A stretch of DNA of 64,000 bases from Phycisphaeraceae bacterium (GTDB lineage Bacteria; Planctomycetota; Phycisphaerae; Phycisphaerales; Phycisphaeraceae): NCBI GenBank assembly GCA_963674705.1, contig OY771506.1, forward strand, positions 96,001-160,000, given 5' to 3'. The position numbers were made by a program, and so were the translations under genes. Every line of letters starts with the position of its first letter. The first letter of the stretch is position 1. Below are positions 49,570 through 58,757 of this stretch, piece after piece. The notes below the pieces were generated by a model that was not told the origin of the DNA, did not search any database, and worked only from the letters and a program-made list of their open reading frames with translations.

Positions 49570-49639
49570 GCCACCAGACTATTTGCCGAGGTCTAAAACG
49601 TCAAGAATAAGGTCCCTGGAACCTTTTTTGGGGGGTCAG

Positions 49640-49668
49640 AAAAAAACCCCGGCGTTTGCCGGGGTTTG
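49640..49668 (-). terminator. Rho-independent terminator of the 49698-50435 gene
   Basis: AAAAAAACCCCGGC-gttt-GCCGGGGTTT, which reads as a hairpin plus U-run on the minus strand. Confidence 0.75.
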
Positions 49669-49697
49669 GGTTGATTGGGTGATATCAGTTGGGCTGA

Positions 49698-50435
49698 TCA
49701 GCGGCGTCGCTGCGTCAGCGCCAGGCCGCCGAGGGCGAGCAGCGCGAGGCTGGCGGGTTCGGGGACAACCTGCACGTCCATGGCGACGGTTTCGACGCCC
49801 CAGCCTGCCTTGCTGACCTGGATGCCGAAGTTGTACTCACCGAGGGCGTTCGGGTCGAACGCGCCGGCCGGGGGCGAGATCACGCCGGGGATGGCGCTTG
49901 CCAGGAACCCGAACATGAGGTTTTGCGAATCTTCGACCAGTGTTGCACCCGGGTTGGCGGATCCGAGGATCGCGTTGGTGACATTGATCGAGCCGAGTGA
50001 ACCGATCGCGGTGTCGAAGCTTGTATCGAAGTCGTAGTAGAGATCGATCTGGTAATCGGCAAGGACGGGCGTAGCGCCGTTGCTGCCGATGACCTTCATG
50101 TAGTAATTGAAGTTCCACAGTGCGCCTTCGATGGCACTTTGGTTGTTGCCGCCGAAGTTGCTGCCGGGCGTGGCGAAGTAGGTGCCTGCGCCGTCGTTGG
50201 TGAGTGCGGGGTTGGAGTAGCGTTGGGTTGCGCTCATCGCCACGATGATAGTGACGTCGCCGTCGACGAACTGTGAAGCGATGGCGACTTCATCATTGGG
50301 GATGCCCTGGCCGCCGAAGGTCGCGTCATCTAACGGACCGAAAGTGTCATAGATCGGTGTGGCTTGCGCGAGTGCGGTGGTCATCGAAACGACCGCCGTC
50401 GCGGCAAGCAGGAACGAAGCCTTACTGGTAGACAT
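49698..50435 (-). CDS. PEP-CTERM protein
   Basis: RBS AAGGAGAGGGAG, signal peptide, and VPEPASL-TM-RRR. Confidence 0.88.
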   Translation of the reverse strand: MSTSKASFLLAATAVVSMTTALAQATPIYDTFGPLDDATFGGQGIPNDEVAIASQFVDGDVTIIVAMSATQRYSNPALTNDGAGTYFATPGSNFGGNNQSAIEGALWNFNYYMKVIGSNGATPVLADYQIDLYYDFDTSFDTAIGSLGSINVTNAILGSANPGATLVEDSQNLMFGFLASAIPGVISPPAGAFDPNALGEYNFGIQVSKAGWGVETVAMDVQVVPEPASLALLALGGLALTQRRR

Positions 50436-50935
50436 TGTCTCCCTCTCCTTTGGTTGAGCTGATCCGTATTGGATGAGCTACGTTGTTCTATTCAGCTTAG
50501 TGGGATCAACGAATCTAGGCAAGTAGATTCTGACGGTTTTCTATAACAATTTTGCTATCTTCCCCATTTTAACATCCGCGAAGCATATCACGATTTAAAC
50601 GTTGTCAGCGTAAGAAAGCCAGGGCTGCGAGGTGATGTAAACCAATTAAACATAGGCGGTTGAAACTCACTTCATGGGTAATGCAGAAGATGAGGATACT
50701 GAGATTGCGGGTGTTGGGTGTGCGGCGGGTGAGAATAAAGACAATTATAGTATTTTTATCTTGAAATCATGTGTCGCGGATTTACACTTAATGGTTGGAG
50801 AGCCTGGCGGTGTTGCCGGGCGGGCTTCGCGTGGGAGCGCGGCTTACTTAAGGTAAGTCTATGAAGCCAATTAGGAGGGGCAGGAGGTTGTTTGCCTGCC
50901 GTTTATTCACACTTCTTTTAGCAGGTGACAATCTC

Positions 50936-52351
50936 ATGAAAGGCTTATTACGCAAATCGAAAGCGGTCACCCCGGTCGTGCTCGGCGGCCTCGCTGTTAT
51001 GGCGTTGGGTTCGTCGGCATCGGCGACGCCTTACGCTTCGGGGATCCAACTGAACGGCGCGAGTTCTTCGTTTGTTTTAAACGAAGGCGGCGCGATGGTG
51101 GACGTCGTGTATGACGGCGGCGCAACGGTCGTGAACCTGGGCGTGCTTGGCGCCGGGACGCACATGTTCGACGATACGCTGGGCGCGAGCTGGCAAATCG
51201 TCGTCAGCAAAAACGCGGCGGCCGGCTGGACGCAGATCAGCGACGACACTCTGACTCAGAGCAAGTACTACTCGCCCAAGGGCGTGGCTGTGGATGCAAA
51301 CCCGGCGCGTTCGACGTTTGGCCAGATCATCGTGGCTGAAGCGTTGGGCGGCACGACTAACGGACGCACCACGACGGACGGCATCTACATCATGAGTGCC
51401 GATCAGGGTGATGTGACCGGCCAAGGCGACACGGCGTACGGCGGCGGCGTGGATTGGTCGACGAGTTCGAGCAGCCCGTTCAAGGTCTCGCTGAACCAGG
51501 ACGACCCGACGGGTTCGGACTACAGCATCTACATCAGCGACTGGAGCGATTCTCACTCCGGCGTGTGGACGGCAGATATGCTAAGCCCGGCCAGCTCGTT
51601 TAATGAACTGCTGGACAACACGGGCCGTGATGGAGCGGGCGTGGTGCTGGCAAATGGCGGCGTGGGGCCGGATCAGTTGCACGGCAGTGTGCCGGTCGGG
51701 CCTTGGGTCGAAGGCACGGGCGTGGATCGCAAGATGTACACCGTGGATGAAGACGTGCGTCTTGGCAACGTGCTTCAGTACGACATCGGCACGACGACGG
51801 CCAACTATACCACGGCCCCGATCGATCGGGTCACCGATGGCGCAGGCAATATCCTCAATGGTCTGACAGACCTCGTTCGTGATGAGGACGGTAGCTGGTG
51901 GATCGCTCAGTATCGGTATACCGACGACGACGTTGTCTGCTCCCTGTCGCACTGGGCCGACGGCGCAACATCACCGAGCTGGACATCGGGCCCAAGTACT
52001 GTGCCCCTGGATTTAGCGTATGGCAGCATCGATATCATCGATGAACTGGACCTGCTGGTGTTGGGCACACGCGGCGGCATGATCTACCTGATGGATATCA
52101 GCGACCCGAGCAACCCGGCGCTGGTCGATACGATCGTCCATTCGGGCAGTTACGTCCGCGACGTGGCGTTTGACGCGGCCGGCAACGTTTATGCGGTGAG
52201 CAACAGCAGCGAAACGCTGCGCATCTATTCACCGGGTGGGACAACGATCGCGACGACAGGCTCGGATGGCTCGTTCTCCGTGGTTCCCGAGCCGGCAAGT
52301 GCTTTGTTGATGGTGCTTGGCGGGATCGCGATGGGGTATCGTCGACGCTAA
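50936..52351 (+). CDS. PEP-CTERM protein with beta-propeller-like repeats
   Basis: Signal peptide from MKGLL; SPKGVAVD, DISDPSNPALV (LVIVD-like) and DVAFDAAGNVY; VPEP-TM-RRR. Confidence 0.82.
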   Translation: MKGLLRKSKAVTPVVLGGLAVMALGSSASATPYASGIQLNGASSSFVLNEGGAMVDVVYDGGATVVNLGVLGAGTHMFDDTLGASWQIVVSKNAAAGWTQISDDTLTQSKYYSPKGVAVDANPARSTFGQIIVAEALGGTTNGRTTTDGIYIMSADQGDVTGQGDTAYGGGVDWSTSSSSPFKVSLNQDDPTGSDYSIYISDWSDSHSGVWTADMLSPASSFNELLDNTGRDGAGVVLANGGVGPDQLHGSVPVGPWVEGTGVDRKMYTVDEDVRLGNVLQYDIGTTTANYTTAPIDRVTDGAGNILNGLTDLVRDEDGSWWIAQYRYTDDDVVCSLSHWADGATSPSWTSGPSTVPLDLAYGSIDIIDELDLLVLGTRGGMIYLMDISDPSNPALVDTIVHSGSYVRDVAFDAAGNVYAVSNSSETLRIYSPGGTTIATTGSDGSFSVVPEPASALLMVLGGIAMGYRRR

Positions 52352-52403
52352 GACGCGAAACCGGTGAATAGCCGGACGTTTGATAAGTAACAAACAGACA
52401 ATC

Positions 52404-52452
52404 AAGGTGCCAGGAGTCTACCTGAGGGGTAGGATTCCTGGCACCTTTTTTA
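52404..52452 (+). terminator. Hairpin terminator built from family B REP-like arms
   Basis: AAGGTGCCAGGAGTCTACC / GGTAGGATTCCTGGCACCTT followed by a T-run after the 52351 stop. Confidence 0.65.
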
Positions 52453-52485
52453 TTTCATCAAGTTGATGCAAGCACGAGGAACCCT

Positions 52486-52520
52486 GCCCTCACCCCGGCC
52501 CTCTCCCGAGGGGAGAGGGG
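52486..52520. repeat. REP-like family A, GCCCTCACCCCGGCCCTCTCCCGAGGGGAGAGGG
   Basis: Identical 34-bp copies at 52486, 56960 and 58695. Inverted or degenerate copies at ~57058-57093, 20301-20343, 20386-20427 and 20521-20551. Confidence 0.9.
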
Positions 52521-52573
52521 GTTGAAGGCAAGACGACGAGAAAACGGGGTCTGACCCCGTTTTAGGGGAGGCA

Positions 52574-54052
52574 TCAGCCTTTTGCTTTGGTCGCGATCAG
52601 GTTGGGTTGGGTGGGTTTGATGGCGATGTTGGTGGGTTTGGCGGGGTGTGTGACGCTGCCGGGGCCGAAGCCGGGCATCATGGGGGCGAACTTGGCCGGC
52701 AGGTTTTTGCCGTTGGTGGCGACGACCTGTTTGTACCAGTCGTAGGAATCTTTAGGTGTGCGTTTGAGGGTCTGGAAGTCGACGTGGATGATGCCGAAGC
52801 GTTGGTCGTAGCCCCAGCCCCACTCGAAGTTATCCATGATGGACCATAGGAAGTAGCCGCGGACGTCGACACCGTCGTTCGCTGCTTCGCGCAGGGCGCA
52901 GAGGTGGCGGGCGACGTAGTCGATGCGGTGTGCATCGTGGACCTTGCCGTCCTGGTGGACCCAGTCCATGCCGGCACAGCCGTTCTCGGTGATGTAGATG
53001 GGCAGGCCGTAGCGTTCGTGGATGAATCGCGGGGCCCAGTAGAGTGCTTCGGGTGTGACGGGCCAGCCGATTTCGGTGTAGGGTCCGCCTGCGGGTGGCT
53101 GGACTCGCTGCGGGTTGCCGTTTTCGTCAGCGCGGACGTAGATGCACTGATAGATGTTAGCGCCGTAGAAGTCGATGGGCTGGTTGATGGTTGGCAGGTC
53201 TTGCTCGAAGTTTTCGGGCATGAGTGGGCCATGCAGTTTCAGGCCATCTTCGGGGTATTTACCGAGCAAGGCAGGGTCTGCGTACCAAGTGGTGTTGAAT
53301 AACCAGCCGGGCTCATCGCCGACGCGCAGGGTTGCTTTGCGCGCCGCGTCAATGTCCTGCGGGTTTTGCGTGGCGGGAATAGTTGCACAACCGACGACCG
53401 CCCAGCCGACCTGTGCTTCTTGTTTTGAGCGTTCGCGGATGACCTGCACCGCTTTGCCGTGCGCGAGCAGTGAGTGATGGATAACACGCAGGATGGATTG
53501 CGGGTCGTACTTCATGCCGGGCGCGTGCGTGCCGACGCTGTGGCCGTGGTCGATGTAGACCTGTGGTTCGTTGAGCGTGAACCAGTGCTTGACACGGTCG
53601 GACAATCGATCAACCACAATGCGTGTGTAATCAGCGAACCAGTCGGCCGAGTCGCGATTCAACCAGCCGCCTTGATTGAAAAGATGCAGCGGGAAGTCCC
53701 AGTGGAAGAGTGTGCACCACGGTTCGATGCCGCGTTCAAGTAATGCATCAATAAGACGATCATAAAACGCAAGGCCCTTCTCGTTTGGCTTGCCATCGAT
53801 ATCAACCACGCGGGGCCATGAGATAGACAAGCGGTATGCCTTGACACCGAGGTTGGCGATCAGGTCGGCATCTTCTTCGTAGCGGTGGTAATGATCGCAG
53901 GCGACCAGGCCGTTGTGTCCGCCGCGGACGGTGTTGGGCTTGTGGTCGAATGCGTCCCACACACTGGGCAGTCGGCCGTCGGTCTTGGCGGCGCCTTCGA
54001 TCTGGTAAGCGGCGGCGGCAACGCCCCACGTGAACGTATCGGGAAAGGTCAT
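52574..54052 (-). CDS. bglA: beta-glucosidase, GH1
   Basis: FTWGVAAAAYQIEG, ACDHYHRY, acid/base TLNEP, nucleophile ITENG, WSIMDNFEW. Start set at MTFPDTF. Confidence 0.93.
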   Translation of the reverse strand: MTFPDTFTWGVAAAAYQIEGAAKTDGRLPSVWDAFDHKPNTVRGGHNGLVACDHYHRYEEDADLIANLGVKAYRLSISWPRVVDIDGKPNEKGLAFYDRLIDALLERGIEPWCTLFHWDFPLHLFNQGGWLNRDSADWFADYTRIVVDRLSDRVKHWFTLNEPQVYIDHGHSVGTHAPGMKYDPQSILRVIHHSLLAHGKAVQVIRERSKQEAQVGWAVVGCATIPATQNPQDIDAARKATLRVGDEPGWLFNTTWYADPALLGKYPEDGLKLHGPLMPENFEQDLPTINQPIDFYGANIYQCIYVRADENGNPQRVQPPAGGPYTEIGWPVTPEALYWAPRFIHERYGLPIYITENGCAGMDWVHQDGKVHDAHRIDYVARHLCALREAANDGVDVRGYFLWSIMDNFEWGWGYDQRFGIIHVDFQTLKRTPKDSYDWYKQVVATNGKNLPAKFAPMMPGFGPGSVTHPAKPTNIAIKPTQPNLIATKAKG

Positions 54053-54275
54053 AAGCAAAAAATCCTCATTAGTGTGTTGAGAGTATACCAGCGTGAGCAT
54101 GGTTTTCAATGTGTTTCAGTTGTTTCAGTGCAAAGAAACATAGTTTTTTAAGCCAATAAACGGATTTCTCTTGACGCGCCCATGAATCGCCTGTAATTTG
54201 TTGTGAGTTGTTTGCAACAAATGCTTTGTTTGTTGCAGATTCATTTCAGACCCCGAGGCTTGGAGGCTTCTGAAC

Positions 54276-55328
54276 GTGAGCACCGTACGAGACATCGCTG
54301 CCAGCGTAGGCGTTTCCCCGGCGACCGTTTCCAGGTCGTTGAACAACCCGAACGTCGTCAGCCGTACCATTCGCGAGCGCGTCCTGCGTGAGGCCGAACG
54401 GCTGGGCTACCGCCACTATTCCGAGAAGCGAACGACCATGCGAAGCATCGGCATGCTGTACCTGGATGAAACGCCCGGCGGGCAGTACGTCGGTTATGAC
54501 GCGCTGATCTGGGGCGGCGTGATCCGTGCGGCCCAGGCATTAAAGGTCAATGTCGTGGCGCTGAACCCGCTGACACGGCGTGAGGGTGAATCGTTCGAGA
54601 AGTTTGCCGAGCGGATGGGGGTCGATGGGCTGGTCGTGCGTGTGGATCAGCAGAGTCGGCATCTATGTAAAGAGATCGCAGAGGACGGCGTGCTTCATGT
54701 CGTCGTCGCCGACCGTTTCGATGAGCCGGACATTAACTACATCCATTGCGATTCCAACACCGCATCCCAGGCGGCGATCAATCACCTGATCGAGCTGGGG
54801 CATACAACGATCGGCATCTGCCACAACGTCGTGATCGATACGGATCACCAGGACCGGATCGATGGGTATTACTCGGCAATCAAGCACGCGGGGATCGAGG
54901 TTGATCCACGTTTGCGCGTGCCGGCGACACCCGATCTGGATGGCGGCAGCGCGGCGCTGACACAGTTCCTTTCCATGTCCAAGCCCCCCACCGCGATCTT
55001 TGCGACGGACCCGATGCTTGCCGTCGGGATCACACGCCGCGCGCACGAGCTTGGATTGAAGGTGCCGGACGAGATGTCGGTGGTCGGTGTGGATGACGGG
55101 GATATGCGCAGGATCTCGCTGCCCTGCTACACAGCGATACGCCAGGATGCGACGGAGATCGGCTTCCGCGCCGGTCAATGGATCTGCCGGTCGATCCGTC
55201 ACGACTCGGCGGCGGGTGAGAATCTGCAGCTTCGGTTGGAAGCGTTTTTGGAGATCAATCAGTCGACCGCCCCGCCGCCGGCGACGCCCGTGCGGATGAC
55301 GCCGAACGGGACGCGGATAAATAACTGA
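54276..55328 (+). CDS. LacI-family transcriptional regulator
   Basis: TVRDIAASVGVSPATVSRSLN HTH; HLIELGH; PTAIFA; VPDEMSVVGVDD. Confidence 0.92.
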   Translation: MSTVRDIAASVGVSPATVSRSLNNPNVVSRTIRERVLREAERLGYRHYSEKRTTMRSIGMLYLDETPGGQYVGYDALIWGGVIRAAQALKVNVVALNPLTRREGESFEKFAERMGVDGLVVRVDQQSRHLCKEIAEDGVLHVVVADRFDEPDINYIHCDSNTASQAAINHLIELGHTTIGICHNVVIDTDHQDRIDGYYSAIKHAGIEVDPRLRVPATPDLDGGSAALTQFLSMSKPPTAIFATDPMLAVGITRRAHELGLKVPDEMSVVGVDDGDMRRISLPCYTAIRQDATEIGFRAGQWICRSIRHDSAAGENLQLRLEAFLEINQSTAPPPATPVRMTPNGTRINN

Positions 55329-55373
55329 GCTTGAGCGAAACACCATTCGCCTACCACGAAGAGGAACCAAGAC

Positions 55374-56120
55374 GTGTCTAAGCGTGCATTTACATTGATT
55401 GAGCTGCTGGTGGTCATTTCGATCATTGCGCTATTGGTGGGGATATTGCTGCCGGCGTTGGGTGCTGCGAGGCGCAGCGCGCAGGCGGTGGCGTGCAAGT
55501 CGAACGTGCGGCAGGAGCTGACCGCGATCGCGTTATTTACGAACGATCATAAAGAAGAGCTGCCCGTTGCGGTGAGTTACGATCCGGAAAAAGGCACGGC
55601 CCAGAGTGTGATGAACGATGAGGTGGAGTACATCCACCACATCCTCATCCCCTACATCGGCGGCGGCGAAGACACGGGCGAATACACCGAAACGTTCCGC
55701 TGCCCGTCGCGCGAATCTAACGGCAGCCCGGCGAACTTCCCGGACCTGGAAGACGAACTGCACACGCATTACCGCTACAACTGGCAGGCGGCGTACTACC
55801 GGTTCAACATCCAGGCGGCGCTGCTCGGTTTCCCCAGCGCTCAGAAAGACCTTGTGCAGAAGCTGGGTGCGATCGAGGACCCGGTGAAAGCGGTGTTCGT
55901 GTACGACACGGTCTGGCCCGGCTGGGAGGATCGTGAGTTCGTACACAACGAAGGGATCAACGTCGGCTACGCCGATGCGCATGTGAGTCAGTTGACTGCA
56001 GAGGAATACAAAGAGCTTTCGCCATACGGCGCTGCGAATAATCCGTACGCACCGGAATGGCCCAACAAGTTTTTGAATGATGGTTGGCCTTACCCGGAAG
56101 TCAATCAGAAGAAGAATTGA
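55374..56120 (+). CDS. Prepilin-type N-terminal cleavage/methylation protein (DUF1559 / H-X9-DG-like)
   Basis: [38 protein letters not shown], and C-terminal [14 protein letters not shown]. Confidence 0.9.
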   Translation: MSKRAFTLIELLVVISIIALLVGILLPALGAARRSAQAVACKSNVRQELTAIALFTNDHKEELPVAVSYDPEKGTAQSVMNDEVEYIHHILIPYIGGGEDTGEYTETFRCPSRESNGSPANFPDLEDELHTHYRYNWQAAYYRFNIQAALLGFPSAQKDLVQKLGAIEDPVKAVFVYDTVWPGWEDREFVHNEGINVGYADAHVSQLTAEEYKELSPYGAANNPYAPEWPNKFLNDGWPYPEVNQKKN

Positions 56121-56190
56121 TAAATCTGCCGGTTGATTGTGATTGGAAGATCTTGGAGGACACTTCATGTTAATCAGAAGGGAGAAACGT

Positions 56191-56808
56191 ATGACGAGGA
56201 CTACGAGATGGATGGTAGCCGCGGTTTCCACGGCCGCGCTGTTGAGTTTGGGAACGCATTCGGCTTCGGCGGAGTTGCTGACCAACCCGGGCTTTGAAGA
56301 CACGAACACGGATGGCAACTACGGCGACGGCTGGGGCAGCTTCGGCTCGGCCGGTTTCCACGCGTTTTTCGGCGCCAACGGCCACGCCAGCTTCTTCTCC
56401 GATGGCAACGGCAACTGGGGCGGCGTGTACCAGCAAGGTATCGCTGCAACGCCCGGCCAGTCTTTCCAGTTCGACCTGACGGATGTACGGATCGAATCAA
56501 ACACGAACGCGAACTATCGCTTCGGGCTCGAGTACTACCAGGCGGACGACGGAACGAAGATCGGCGAAGACATCGTGCCGATGTCGCTGGCGGTGACTGG
56601 CGACGGATTGGCGTTCAGCATGAGCGCGACCGCACCGAACGATCCGCTGCTTGCTTATGTCCGACCGATCATTTTGTTTGATAACGCGGTGTCGGCCGGC
56701 CAGGGACAGGAAAACGTGTTTGTGTTTGATGCATCACTGACACCCGAGCCCGCGAGTATGGGGCTGTGTGTTGTGGGTGGTTTGGCGTTACTGGCGCGGC
56801 GTAAATAA
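56191..56808 (+). CDS. Small PEP-CTERM protein with a single CBM-like (NPGFE) module
   Basis: RBS AGGGAG, signal peptide, LLTNPGFED..GDGWG..HASFF..GGVYQ..YVRPII.FD, and TPEP-TM-RRK. Confidence 0.85.
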   Translation: MTRTTRWMVAAVSTAALLSLGTHSASAELLTNPGFEDTNTDGNYGDGWGSFGSAGFHAFFGANGHASFFSDGNGNWGGVYQQGIAATPGQSFQFDLTDVRIESNTNANYRFGLEYYQADDGTKIGEDIVPMSLAVTGDGLAFSMSATAPNDPLLAYVRPIILFDNAVSAGQGQENVFVFDASLTPEPASMGLCVVGGLALLARRK

Positions 56809-57237
56809 TCCTCAGCAAGCAACCCCCGTGGCCGTGAAAAACTGGTCACGGGGCGCGCGACCCGGCGGGTCGCGGCTAAAAACGATGGATTCGTAGGTCC
56901 GGGCCTGCCCGGACATGGTGCGGTGAGAGGTGTGACACATCGGAAACGAAAGGAACCCGGCCCTCACCCCGGCCCTCTCCCGAGGGGAGAGGGAGTGAAT
57001 CGAATAGATATCGCTTTGGATAATGAATCAATAGGTGTAAATAGTGATGGCGTTCATCCCCTCTCCCCTTGGGAGAGGGCAAGGGTGAGGGCCTGGTGGA
57101 TTGTGTAACCGGAAAACAAGAGCACTGGTACTACTCAAACAGAGATACGATTGAAAACCCTGGTTTTAATTCTTAATCCGTGTTCATCTGTGTTCATCCG
57201 TGACTAAATAATGATGCATAACAGCAAAGGAAGTGAG

Positions 57238-58581
57238 ATGATTAAATCGACAGTATTGAGCGCGTTGATCGGGTTGGCGCTGGTCAGTCCCGCGCATGCG
57301 ATGACCAACATTCTGGTGAACCCGGGATTTGAAGACACGGACGCGGTGCCGGACGGTCAGTTTGGCGACGGTTGGGGCGCCTGGGGTGCTGCAAGTTTTA
57401 ATGACTTCTGGAGCGGCAACGGGCATGCGAGCCTGTACCCTGACACCGTCGGCAACATCGGCGGTGTGTATCAGTTGGCGATCCCCGGTACGGCGGGCAC
57501 AACGTATCAGTTCGACCTGCTGGACACGCGGATCGAAGCGAGCTTCGATGCGTCGCTCCGCTTTGGCTTGGAGTATTACGCGGCCGACGACGCGACGAAA
57601 CTCGGTGAGACGATCGTTGAGATCGACGCGGCGACAAGGCTTGGGCTGTCGAATGTCGGCGGCGACGGCGCGGTGAACGCGGCGGTGTTCAGCATGCAAG
57701 GGACGGCAGTGGTTGGGACGGTGTATGTCAGGCCAGTCATTTCGTTTGATGATGTGAACCCGGCGTATATCCAGCAGAGCCAGGCGAACGTGTTCGTGTT
57801 CGATTCGTACATGGCGGAGGTCCCCGCGGCGGGCGGCGAGCTTGCGAAGAACCCGGGATTCGATGATGAGAACGGCGACGGCAACCTCGGCGATCGTTGG
57901 GGCGCCTATGGCAACACCGGCTTCAATGCGTTCTTCGGCGATAACCCGCACGCCAGCTTCTTTGCAGATTACGTCGGTAACAGCGGCGGCATCTACCAGC
58001 AGGCGATGCTCGGCACGCCCGGCACGGAGTACACCTTCGAGCTGACCAACGTGCGCATCGAGGACAACTGGGACGCCGACCTGCTGTTCGGGTTCGAGTT
58101 CTACGGCGACGACGACTTTACGAAGATCGGCGAGCTGCTGGTGACCGCGGACACGAGTGTGACCGGTGATGGGCTGTTTTTCGAGATGAGCGCGACCGCG
58201 GTTGCGGGCACGAAGTACATCCGGCCGGTGATCCTGTTTGATAACGTGAATCCCGCATATATCGGCGAGAGCCAGGCGAACTTGTTTATCTTCACCACGT
58301 CGGTGAGTGAAACCGTGAACGCACTGCCGGGCGATCTGAACGGCGATGGGTTTGTCGGGCTTGACGACCTTGACATCATCCTCAGCGCGTGGAACCAGAA
58401 CGTCCCGCCGGCCAACAGCGCGGCCGACCCGAGCGGCGATGGGTTTGTCGGATTGGATGACCTAGACATCGTGCTGAATCATTGGAATGAAGGCACGCCG
58501 CCTGCAAGCGTGGTGCCCGAGCCGGGGACGCTGGCGCTGCTAGGATTGATGGGCGCGGCAGGTTTGCGTCGGCGGAGTTAG
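57238..58581 (+). CDS. PEP-CTERM protein with two tandem CBM-like (NPGF) modules and a dockerin-like domain
   Basis: Two copies of the module found in 56191-56808, then GDLNGDGFVGLDDLD / ADPSGDGFVGLDDLD and VPEP-TM-RRR. Confidence 0.87.
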   Translation: MIKSTVLSALIGLALVSPAHAMTNILVNPGFEDTDAVPDGQFGDGWGAWGAASFNDFWSGNGHASLYPDTVGNIGGVYQLAIPGTAGTTYQFDLLDTRIEASFDASLRFGLEYYAADDATKLGETIVEIDAATRLGLSNVGGDGAVNAAVFSMQGTAVVGTVYVRPVISFDDVNPAYIQQSQANVFVFDSYMAEVPAAGGELAKNPGFDDENGDGNLGDRWGAYGNTGFNAFFGDNPHASFFADYVGNSGGIYQQAMLGTPGTEYTFELTNVRIEDNWDADLLFGFEFYGDDDFTKIGELLVTADTSVTGDGLFFEMSATAVAGTKYIRPVILFDNVNPAYIGESQANLFIFTTSVSETVNALPGDLNGDGFVGLDDLDIILSAWNQNVPPANSAADPSGDGFVGLDDLDIVLNHWNEGTPPASVVPEPGTLALLGLMGAAGLRRRS

Positions 58582-58596
58582 ACAGGAAGAATTTAG

Positions 58597-58670
58597 CCAC
58601 GGATGGACACGGATGAACACAGATAAGAAATGAGTTTTCTTTATCCGTGTTTATCAGTGTTCATCGGTGG
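58597..58670. repeat. REP-like family C inverted repeat (CCACGGATGGACACGGATGAACAC ... ATCCGTGTTTATCAGTGTTCATCGGTGG)
   Basis: Imperfect long hairpin of ~10-bp units. A half copy lies at ~57176-57203. Confidence 0.7.
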
Positions 58671-58757
58671 TTTATAGAATGCATAGGGAACTCGGCCCTC
58701 ACCCCGGCCCTCTCCCGAGGGGAGAGGGAGTTAAGAAATGCGTTTCGCAGGGATCAT

